Of a stretch of 64,000 nt of DNA, positions 37,515 through 44,776 are shown one piece after another. Positions within the stretch are counted from its first letter, which is position 1, and each line of letters begins with the position of its first letter. Made by a program: the position numbers and the translations under genes. The notes under the pieces were generated by a model. That model was not told the origin of the DNA and did not search any database. It was given only the letters and a program-made list of their open reading frames with translations. The stretch comes from an uncultured Alphaproteobacteria bacterium. Lineage in GTDB: Bacteria; Pseudomonadota; Alphaproteobacteria; Rs-D84. The stretch covers positions 135,079 through 199,078 of the forward strand of contig CALXMQ010000001.1 in NCBI GenBank assembly GCA_944389515.1. Reading direction: 5' to 3'.

Positions 37515-38413
37515 TTTTTTGCGTCTTTTAATGCGGTGGTGATTTTTTGAATTATTTCGTCACGATTTAATGCAATTTCAGAATTATTATTGTTGTTGTT
37601 TGGAATTTGTCCAGGTTTCCAATCTTGCCCGTACAGTCCACGCATGCGATTTATATACTTTTCTTCGGGTTCGATGTTGATTGTTTTGTATGCAGACGCA
37701 TCTTTGTATGGTGCATAACCGGCCGCGTCATTTTGCATACGTTGGGTAAATGTTAAATCAGCGGTGGTTTTTGGAAAATCAGCCGCGACCAATTTACTGT
37801 TGTTTGATGTGGCAGATACAGATTGCAGAGTTTCTAGTTCTTGTTTGCGTTCCAGCATATCTTGCATCCATGGTTCACCGTTCCATGTTGGTAATTGTTG
37901 GGCATTTGGATTTTGAAATTCATAGTTTTGTTTGTTCAAATCGGTGTTCGGTGTCGTTGCCCCAGGAAAAGATACGGTTTTACCAGTTGGTGCCGCAACC
38001 GCGTTTTGTGCGACATATTTATCAAATTCTGTGTCAATAAAACCGGCACATGGTGTTACATAATTATGGTTTGGCAAACTGGCCAGTTGAACCGTCAATG
38101 TTGGACGTGCGTCATCGACATCCATGCCAACACAATTATTGCGTGATGAACAAAATGCGGCAACCAATGCAGATACAACCGTTTGGCAGTCACTGGTACT
38201 GATATCCACACCGTCCACATATACAGGTACGGGCATGCGTTGGTTATATGGACTGGACGGATCCCAGAAAGGATTAGAAGAATAATTTTGAACGTTCTGA
38301 ATTTGACCGTATTTAGAAAATGGTGTTGTTGCCGTTGGAAAAGTCGTTGCCATACCAGATATTGGCAATAAACCGATAATCCCAGTCATAATGAAAATTT
38401 TATGTAAATTCAT
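37511..38413 (-). CDS. Exported protein (300 aa), unknown function
   Basis: Signal peptide 'MNLHKIFIMTGIIGLLPISGMA'. N/Q/P/T-rich with a poly-Asn run. ATGA overlap with the downstream gene. Confidence 0.7.
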   Translation of the reverse strand: MNLHKIFIMTGIIGLLPISGMATTFPTATTPFSKYGQIQNVQNYSSNPFWDPSSPYNQRMPVPVYVDGVDISTSDCQTVVSALVAAFCSSRNNCVGMDVDDARPTLTVQLASLPNHNYVTPCAGFIDTEFDKYVAQNAVAAPTGKTVSFPGATTPNTDLNKQNYEFQNPNAQQLPTWNGEPWMQDMLERKQELETLQSVSATSNNSKLVAADFPKTTADLTFTQRMQNDAAGYAPYKDASAYKTINIEPEEKYINRMRGLYGQDWKPGQIPNNNNNNSEIALNRDEIIQKITTALKDAKK

Positions 38414-38446
38414 TTCTCTGTCCGTTATTCCCTGTGATGTTTTTTA

Positions 38447-38911
38447 TTATATCAAAAAAGCCATTGTAATTAAAGACAAAATTCCACCGATGATAAAGAA
38501 CGGGGCAAATGGTATAAATTTCTGATGTTTGAACATACCCCATATCATCCCGGTAATGCATGCAATTATCAATGTCACAGCCAGCCCAGATGTGCCCAGC
38601 CATATACCGCCAACCGCCATCAGTTTTATGTCACCCATGCCGATTGGGGTGGTAACGGATTTGGTGCGTTGTGTTTGTTCAAATATAAAACCGACCAATG
38701 ACGCCAACGCATATCCAAATACTGCGGCAATAATAGAATCAGATGTTGTTACCGGCCATGGAAAAAAGTGTACAACAACCAAACCAATCAGCATCAGTGG
38801 AAATAAATATGCGTCTGGGATAATGCGGCGGCGGAAATCAGCACGTGAGATAGCCCATGCACATGCAAATGCCCCCAATAATAGAATTATGAAAAAGATG
38901 TTATAAATCAT
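38447..38911 (-). CDS. Short A24-family prepilin peptidase (CpaA/TadV-like, no methyltransferase domain)
   Basis: Two catalytic-Asp motifs 'ISRADFRRRIIPD' and 'GMGDIKLMAVGG'. About 5 TM segments in 154 aa. Confidence 0.85.
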   Translation of the reverse strand: MIYNIFFIILLLGAFACAWAISRADFRRRIIPDAYLFPLMLIGLVVVHFFPWPVTTSDSIIAAVFGYALASLVGFIFEQTQRTKSVTTPIGMGDIKLMAVGGIWLGTSGLAVTLIIACITGMIWGMFKHQKFIPFAPFFIIGGILSLITMAFLI

Positions 38912-38922
38912 ATTTTTCCCCC

Positions 38923-38952
38923 TTGCCTTTCGATTCGAAACTATGCTACAAT
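38923..38952 (+). promoter_or_regulatory. Putative sigma70-type promoter of gcrA
   Basis: TTGCCT (38923-38928), 18-nt spacer, TACAAT (38947-38952). A GANTC site (GATTC) lies in the spacer. Confidence 0.35.
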
Positions 38953-38984
38953 TATATCGTTATATATAACAAGGATTTTTTGAT

Positions 38985-39527
38985 ATGAGTAAAGGTTGGG
39001 ATAACGCAACACTGAAAAAGTTAAAGGCGTTGACAGGTAAAGGGTTGTCAACGTCTGAAATTGGTAAACGCCTGGGGATGAGTAAAAATGCCGTTGTTGG
39101 CAAACTGAATCGTTTGGGTTGGAATTCTAAGGCTGGGGGTGTGGCCGCGGCTGATAAAGCAAAAGCGACAAGCAAGAAAGCAGCAAAGGCGCCGGCTAAG
39201 AAACCAGTGGCTGTCAAGGCACCGGCCAAGAAAGCTGTGGGTGCAGCAAAAGTGGCCAAGGCATCAAGCAAGGTTGTGACGGGTGCGTCTGGGGCGGTAA
39301 AAAGTTCAAAAACGCTGAATAAAAATCTGGCGATGCATCAACGTATTATTCAGCATTCTTTGGAAATGGCTAATTTGAAACCAAATCAGTGTCGTTGGCC
39401 GATTGGTGACCCTGATTCTGAAAACTTTCATTTTTGTGGGGCGCCGGTTTTTGTTGGTAAACCGTATTGTTACGAACACTGCAAGCAGGCATATCAATTT
39501 ACGCCACCAAAAAAGAAACAGGCATAA
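38985..39527 (+). CDS. gcrA: GcrA cell-cycle regulator
   Basis: N-terminal 'WDNATLKKLKALTGKGLSTSEIGKRLGMSKNAVVGKLNRLGW' and C-terminal 'CRWPIGDPDSENFHFCGAPVFVGKPYCYEHCKQAY'. The A/K/P-rich linker is 'AKKPVAVKAPAKKAVGAAKVAKA'. Confidence 0.92.
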   Translation: MSKGWDNATLKKLKALTGKGLSTSEIGKRLGMSKNAVVGKLNRLGWNSKAGGVAAADKAKATSKKAAKAPAKKPVAVKAPAKKAVGAAKVAKASSKVVTGASGAVKSSKTLNKNLAMHQRIIQHSLEMANLKPNQCRWPIGDPDSENFHFCGAPVFVGKPYCYEHCKQAYQFTPPKKKQA

Positions 39528-39563
39528 TGGCAATTTGTTTTTGCCAAAAGCGAGAGGGATAAA

Positions 39564-41990
39564 ATGGATAATTCTGTTCTGACGTTTGTTGAATATAATA
39601 TCGCAGGTAATGCGTTGCGTGCGTATTATGATGCAGATGGTAAATTGGTATTCGTTTTGGACAGTACTGTTGACGACAGAAAACCAAACGTTTTGTTGGT
39701 AATCAACGCGGTTGGAAACAGAAAGTGGGATGATATATTGGCCAATGATTATGGTGTGGATTTGGAAACTGTTCGGCCAAAAAAGAATAACAAATATCAA
39801 AAGTTGGATATCGAATACAGCGGATTGTCTGAATATGACAATTTGATAAATGCATATAAATCAGGGGCGGATTTATCTGAACCTTTGGCGGCATTGGCGG
39901 TATTTCGCGAAGAATCTGTGCGGCGTGCGGCGGCGGAACGTTTGGCCATTGCCGAAGAAACAGCAGACAAGGCGCGTGAAACGATTATTAAAACCAAAGA
40001 TAGCATTGACGAATTACAAATGAAATTACGCCAGTTGCGCGCAAAGTTGAGTCAACAAAAAAAGCAAATCGGTCGTGAACCGACAAAAAAATCTGCATCT
40101 AAAATATTACGTACGGATGCCGCGGTTGATGCAACAAATGAAAAGTTACGTCGTGCGAAAAAGCGTTTAGATAATGCGCAACGGCGTTTGATTTCGGCAG
40201 ACGAAGATGCGCAACGTGCGCGTGAAATATTGGCACGCCCGATGGCGCGCGCGGATGCACATGTGGATGGACGTGGAAATGCCACCATGCGTGCGCCGAA
40301 TATTTCAACTGAATATAACGTGTCATATGATGACGATGTTATTGATGATAATTTGGGTACAGATGATGAACAATCTGATGACCCAGAAATTCATTTTTCT
40401 GTGGATATGGATATGCCAGAACCACGTACAAATATTGCTGCAAATGCATCTGATGATAACGCGGTTGTGCGTCAGTCTGTGCCAGATGTTGAATATGATT
40501 CAAATTCAGAAATTACAGTATCAGAACCAAAGGCGGATAAAATGGCCGATAAAGAAATAAAAGACGAAGATATCAAACCTTTGTTTGATAAAGATCCAGA
40601 AATTATGGATGAAGAAATTGCGTTCAAGCCGATTGAATTTGGTGTGTCCAGTCCGGTTGAATCAAATGTGGCGGATAATGGTGCGTCTGATTCTGAAATT
40701 TATGAAAATGTGATTGATGAACGGCCTTTGTCTTTTACGCCGCCAACAGAATCTAAAAAAGATGTGGAACCAATCAAAGAACCGATAAATGTAACGCCTG
40801 TTACAAATACGGAACAAAATGAACAGCCAACCGAAATGGCACAGAAATCAACATCTGTGCTGGACAGTTTGACACCGGTTGATGTGCCACAAAATATTGA
40901 TTCTGGTACCGCGCAACTGGATTCTGAATTGGCGGCAGATGTTGCGCCAGTTAAAACACCTGATGTGACGCCAGAACCAACCAGTATGCCAAAACCGCAA
41001 CAAAATAATATGGCGGCGCCAATACCTGTTTCTAATGCAATGCCACAGGTTGATACCAATGAACGTCCGGTGCCACCTGCGGCGACATTGGCAAATGCCG
41101 CGGCGGTTCGTCCTGTGTCACCGATTACTGGTAATGCGGCACCGACAAATCCGGCACCGCATAAACCGACGTTTATATATTATATTTTGTTGGTGTTATT
41201 GATTGCTTTATCAATATTTACATTATGGCTGTATCAGAAAAATACGGATGATCAGGTACCTGATTTAACAGCAACTGTGCCGGCAGTCGAAGAAAATGTG
41301 CAAAATGTTGAAAATGCCGATGTGCCCAGTCCTTTTGTTCCAGAAATAGAAACACCGTCTGAACCAGTTGTGGTGGCGGCCGAAGAAATCACGGAAACAG
41401 AAGCAGCGGTGGTTGAAGAATCAGCACCAGCAGCAGAACCAGAACCGGTTGTTGTGACGGAGCCTGATGAACCTGAAATAATTTCAGAACCAGCGCCAGT
41501 CAAAGAACCGACCCCAGAACCAGTGGCGGATATTGTTATTGAATCAATACCGACGCCGACCCCGGTTGTGGAACCTGAACCTGTTATTGAATCAGAAGAA
41601 GAAATATTGGCCAGCAAGCCGGCATATAACGTATCGCAAAATGAAAACATGTTTGTCGCGGCGCCAGAATATGATACTGAAACATTGCGCCAAGAAAGTT
41701 TACAGGCGGTTGATACTGTGGGGCCGTCTGTGGTGACCAGTGGCGTGACTGATATGTCTGGGGGTGACAGTGTAACAACAAGTGGAACAATGGCGGCAGA
41801 TGATTATGCGCCACAATCGGTAACATCCGAAGTATGGAGCACAACAACCACAAATTTGCCATTGTGCCCAGATGGTACCGCCCCAGATGTAAATGGATGT
41901 TGTGCCGGGGAAATTTATACAGATATGGGTGAAATGGGATTTAATTGTTGCCCAGAAACTGGGGGTGATTGTTTCCCACCATTGATGTAA
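39564..41990 (+). CDS. Large bitopic protein (808 aa), unknown function
   Basis: N-terminal globular part plus coiled coil, then an acidic low-complexity region. A single TM 'FIYYILLVLLIALSIFTLWLY' is followed by P/E/V-rich repeats and a Cys-rich end 'CPDGTAPDVNGCCAGEIYTDMGEMGFNCCPETGGDCFPP'. Confidence 0.8.
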   Translation: MDNSVLTFVEYNIAGNALRAYYDADGKLVFVLDSTVDDRKPNVLLVINAVGNRKWDDILANDYGVDLETVRPKKNNKYQKLDIEYSGLSEYDNLINAYKSGADLSEPLAALAVFREESVRRAAAERLAIAEETADKARETIIKTKDSIDELQMKLRQLRAKLSQQKKQIGREPTKKSASKILRTDAAVDATNEKLRRAKKRLDNAQRRLISADEDAQRAREILARPMARADAHVDGRGNATMRAPNISTEYNVSYDDDVIDDNLGTDDEQSDDPEIHFSVDMDMPEPRTNIAANASDDNAVVRQSVPDVEYDSNSEITVSEPKADKMADKEIKDEDIKPLFDKDPEIMDEEIAFKPIEFGVSSPVESNVADNGASDSEIYENVIDERPLSFTPPTESKKDVEPIKEPINVTPVTNTEQNEQPTEMAQKSTSVLDSLTPVDVPQNIDSGTAQLDSELAADVAPVKTPDVTPEPTSMPKPQQNNMAAPIPVSNAMPQVDTNERPVPPAATLANAAAVRPVSPITGNAAPTNPAPHKPTFIYYILLVLLIALSIFTLWLYQKNTDDQVPDLTATVPAVEENVQNVENADVPSPFVPEIETPSEPVVVAAEEITETEAAVVEESAPAAEPEPVVVTEPDEPEIISEPAPVKEPTPEPVADIVIESIPTPTPVVEPEPVIESEEEILASKPAYNVSQNENMFVAAPEYDTETLRQESLQAVDTVGPSVVTSGVTDMSGGDSVTTSGTMAADDYAPQSVTSEVWSTTTTNLPLCPDGTAPDVNGCCAGEIYTDMGEMGFNCCPETGGDCFPPLM

Positions 41991-42012
41991 ATTTCAACGT
42001 ATTGATGAACGA

Positions 42013-42036
42013 CCCCACCTGTGGTGGGGTTTTTAT
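42013..42036 (+). terminator. Terminator after the 808-aa gene
   Basis: 'ccccacc tgt ggtgggg ttttt'. Confidence 0.8.
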
Positions 42037-42074
42037 TTTGTCTTGAATAATCAAATACTATGCGATAACATATA

Positions 42075-42315
42075 AATGTTGACGGGTGTTCCGTCAATGG
42101 GGTGTGACTACCCGTACATAGGCGTCGGAATATAAACCTGTGGCGCGCAAAAATGCGCCAGTTTTAGTATTACGACGAAAAACAAACTCCTGATGTTTGG
42201 TCAGGAGGGTCGCGGAATACCAAATACGCGGCACAATTCCTATGATTGTAGTCAACCTCCTGACCACCAAGTTTTTGGTGGTTTTTGTTTAATCAAAATA
42301 TCAGGAGATTGAAAA
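42075..42315 (+). promoter_or_regulatory. Structured leader / candidate attenuator (or independent sRNA) upstream of Cys-rich member C
   Basis: Several hairpins. CTCCTGA (42187), TCAGGAG (42201), CCTCCTGACC (42256), terminator hairpin 42264-42287, then RBS TCAGGAG (42301). Confidence 0.5.
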
Positions 42316-42801
42316 ATGAAAAAAGTATTTATTGTCACAGCTGTTATCGCGGTGTTTATGGGCGTTCCATGCCTGGCGTCGACGGCAATACGTGGAACGT
42401 GTCAAGGCGGATTAAATGACGGTCAGCCATGTGGATCTGATGCTGATTGTACAGGGGGAATTTGTAGGTTGCCAGAAATTGCATGTACCAGTACAAATTG
42501 TCGGTCATCATCATGGGTGGCGCACAGTACGGGATATGAACGTCGTACGCGCAGATATTGTTCCACGGCGACACAGTGTACATCTGTAACGCAATATCGT
42601 TGTGCCGCCGGTTATTATGGACGTTCACTTAGTGGCAGTACTGGATGCACCCCATGTCCTGAAAATGGTGTATCTGTGCCACCAGATGGTGATTTGATTG
42701 GCCTTACTGCTGTTACAGACTGTTTTATTCCATCTGGTACGGAAATTACTGATTCCACAGGCACGTATACATATACAAATGATTGTTATTATACTGAATA
42801 G
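42316..42801 (+). CDS. Exported Cys-rich protein (member C, 161 aa)
   Basis: AGGAG RBS. Signal peptide 'MKKVFIVTAVIAVFMGVPCLA'. 'CAAGYYGRSLSGSTGCTPCPENG' module and C-terminal 'ITDSTGTYTYTNDC'. Confidence 0.8.
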   Translation: MKKVFIVTAVIAVFMGVPCLASTAIRGTCQGGLNDGQPCGSDADCTGGICRLPEIACTSTNCRSSSWVAHSTGYERRTRRYCSTATQCTSVTQYRCAAGYYGRSLSGSTGCTPCPENGVSVPPDGDLIGLTAVTDCFIPSGTEITDSTGTYTYTNDCYYTE

Positions 42802-42830
42802 AAAAAAACGCCCAAAATGGGCGGATTTTA
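42802..42830. terminator. Bidirectional terminator between member C and acpS
   Basis: 'aaaaaaacgcccaaaatgggcggatttt'. Confidence 0.8.
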
Positions 42831-43205
42831 TAATTTTTCAATAACGACGATTGCGGCGGAATAATCGTCTTGGTCTGTGATTGACAGGTGCACAGATGCA
42901 TCTGGGCCGGCCAATTCTTTTAATGCGGCCTTGGCACCACCAGCCAGTAATAATTCTGGGCGTCCCATGTCGTCGTGTATTACAGATACATCCGAAAATG
43001 CAATGTCGTCGCCGAAACCGGTGCCCAATGCTTTCAGGCATGCTTCGCGAGCCGCCCAAAAATTTGCCAGATGTTTTTCGGCGTTTGCGTTATCTGTATC
43101 GGCGTATTCTAATTCTTTTTTTGTGAAGATACGTTGTTTTTTGAACGCAGACCAATCTAAAAAACGACCACATTCGACTAAATCAATTCCAATACCTACT
43201 ATCAC
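42828..43205 (-). CDS. acpS: Holo-[acyl-carrier-protein] synthase
   Basis: 'MIVGIGIDLVECGRF', 'FTKKELEY', 'FWAAREACLKALGTG', 'SITDQDDYSAAIVVIE'. Confidence 0.9.
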   Translation of the reverse strand: MIVGIGIDLVECGRFLDWSAFKKQRIFTKKELEYADTDNANAEKHLANFWAAREACLKALGTGFGDDIAFSDVSVIHDDMGRPELLLAGGAKAALKELAGPDASVHLSITDQDDYSAAIVVIEKL

Positions 43206-43324
43206 GGATGACTCCCTGGTTATGTTTATTGATATGCGAATACTAATAACTTTTTTCCGATTCGTGCAAGCATAAAATATATACTTGCTTTTAATTCATG
43301 GTAATTGTATAAATATGCGTACGT

Positions 43325-43401
43325 CGGGGCGTAGCTCAGCCTGGTAGAGTACTTGCATGGGGTGCAAGGGGTCGCAGGTTCGATTCCTGTCGCCCCGACC
43401 A
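43325..43401 (+). tRNA. tRNA-Pro (anticodon GGG)
   Basis: Acceptor CGGGGCG/CGCCCCG, anticodon loop ATGGGGT, T-arm GCAGGTTCGATTCCTGT, encoded CCA. Confidence 0.93.
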
Positions 43402-43438
43402 TAAATAAAAAACAACCGCCGTGTGCGGTTTGTTTTTT
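43382..43438 (+). repeat. Direct repeat copy 1: last 20 nt of tRNA-Pro plus its terminator (att-like)
   Basis: 'gattcctgtcgccccgaccataaataaaaaacaaccgccgtgtgcggtttgtttttt'. Confidence 0.9.
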
Positions 43439-43576
43439 ATTTACAGTGGGTATAACGAAATCAACATCGCATACGTTTACAGTATGCCAAGATTCGACAA
43501 CGAGTAGATTTGATAAGTATAACGCAATCAAATCGTTACGAGTGCCCCACAGCCGGCACCCCTGTGCCGTGCGAGG

Positions 43577-43633
43577 GATTCCTGTCGCCCCGACCATAAA
43601 TAAAAAACAACCGTCGTGTGCGGTTTGTTTTTT
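43577..43633 (+). repeat. Direct repeat copy 2 (56/57 identical to 43382-43438), not part of a complete tRNA
   Basis: 'gattcctgtcgccccgaccataaataaaaaacaaccgtcgtgtgcggtttgtttttt', 195 bp downstream of copy 1. Confidence 0.9.
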
Positions 43634-43644
43634 TCAGTGGTGTT

Positions 43645-44070
43645 TTATTTACATTGTTCGGCAATCATGTCGGATATTTGTTTTTCCATTGCAAATTGGC
43701 GTGCAGACCCGGTTGCGCATGGATCGCAATCACGGCGTAATTGTCCAGGGCGACATACAAATTTTACGTCGTTACACATGCCGTCAATACGACTGGTTAT
43801 TTCTGTGTCCAAGTATTGTGTTATCATGTCGCGATATTTTTGTGGTATGTCGGGTTCATCGTATGCCCACATTTGTGCAACAATGCTGTTCACATTTTGA
43901 ATACACGGATCGTTATTTGTTATGCGTATAACATTGTCAACCGTTGTGTCTGATTGTGCCGCACGGTTTTTGGGTACCAATGTCCATGTTATTATTCCGA
44001 TGCATAAAATCAATACCAGTGCCAGTAAAATGTATCTGGATATTTTGAAGGAATTTGTTTGTATTGCCAT
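43645..44070 (-). CDS. Membrane-anchored hypothetical protein (141 aa, 6 Cys in the extracytoplasmic part)
   Basis: N-terminal anchor 'ISRYILLALVLILCIGIITWTLV'. No family recognised. Confidence 0.6.
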   Translation of the reverse strand: MAIQTNSFKISRYILLALVLILCIGIITWTLVPKNRAAQSDTTVDNVIRITNNDPCIQNVNSIVAQMWAYDEPDIPQKYRDMITQYLDTEITSRIDGMCNDVKFVCRPGQLRRDCDPCATGSARQFAMEKQISDMIAEQCK

Positions 44071-44147
44071 ATGTTTGTCCTTTTTATGATATATGTAACT
44101 GTATCATAAATTTATATGGCAAAAAATACGTTTTTATTCATATTGGA

Positions 44148-44702
44148 TTATTGTTCTAATGCAGATAATATATTTTTGAAATTTTCATCAACTGGGCCAG
44201 TTACGTCAACATCTGAAAATTTTATGTTTGGTACACCTTGTAACCATTGGATTGCCGGCATTGTTGTATTCCAAAATATGTTTAACCGGTTGCGTATTGC
44301 CGTGTTATCAGCGTCATCTGTGCGGCCGCCGCCGTCACGAATTCGTTTTTGAATTCGTTGTATCATTATTTCTTCGGGTACATCCAGGTATAAAATATGG
44401 ATGTTAAATTTGTTGGCATAGTTTTGAATCAACCATTTTGCCTGGTCCAATGTACGTGGAAATCCGTCCAGCAATGTGTCGCGGTTTATATCAACGTTTT
44501 CTGCGATTATTTGTGTCAGCATTTCAAATGGCAGTAATTCACCACGTGCCATAATATCTGCAATAGATTTATTATTGGCAGCGGCGTCACGTAACATTTT
44601 GCCAGTTTCGATGTATTTATAATCATGGCGTTCACATAACATACGGGCAAATGTGCCCTTGCCTACACCTTGGCCGCCCATTAAAACAATCATTTGTTTC
44701 AT
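44148..44702 (-). CDS. adk: Adenylate kinase (short-lid form)
   Basis: P-loop 'LMGGQGVGKGT', 'LLDGFPRTLDQAKWL', 'GGGRTDDADNTAIRNRL'. The track TTG start at 44738 sits inside the rpsA terminator, so ATG 44702 is used. Confidence 0.85.
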   Translation of the reverse strand: MKQMIVLMGGQGVGKGTFARMLCERHDYKYIETGKMLRDAAANNKSIADIMARGELLPFEMLTQIIAENVDINRDTLLDGFPRTLDQAKWLIQNYANKFNIHILYLDVPEEIMIQRIQKRIRDGGGRTDDADNTAIRNRLNIFWNTTMPAIQWLQGVPNIKFSDVDVTGPVDENFKNILSALEQ

Positions 44703-44718
44703 GTGCGGTATTATATCA

Positions 44719-44752
44719 TAAAAAACAAAATCCGGCAAGTGCCGGATTTTGT
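44719..44752 (-). terminator. Terminator after rpsA
   Basis: The minus strand reads 'aaaatccggcacttgccggattttgtttttt'. Confidence 0.8.
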
Positions 44753-44776
44753 TTTGTAATCTGGAAATAATCCAAA

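Noticed and set aside
33858-38413. Possibility that P300/P499/P590/P106 are pilins or pseudopilins processed by the adjacent prepilin peptidase
   Set aside because: Their N-termini look like ordinary Sec signal peptides, with a hydrophobic core before an A-x-A-like site. They do not look like class-III leaders, which have a short basic leader, Gly at -1, a hydrophobic +1 and Glu at +5. 'ISG|MATTF' in P300 lacks the Glu and follows, rather than precedes, the hydrophobic core. The linkage is kept as a finding, but this specific interpretation is dropped.
38960-39271. 103-aa minus-strand ORF opposite gcrA
   Set aside because: It is antisense to the A/K-rich linker of GcrA, and its Ala/Leu/Phe-rich translation is a mirror artefact.
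42075-42290. Whether the structured RNA upstream of Cys-rich gene C is a known housekeeping RNA (SRP/4.5S RNA, 6S RNA, tmRNA piece)
   Set aside because: I could not find the conserved SRP domain-IV sequence (GGAAG...AGCAG context). There is no tRNA-like TCCACCA end and no 6S-like large central bubble. It is kept as an unclassified leader or sRNA.
43353-43931. 192-aa track ORF (and 43226..43597 on the minus strand) across the tRNA-Pro region
   Set aside because: It runs through the tRNA gene, both terminator copies and the antisense of the 141-aa gene. It has no RBS and is spurious.
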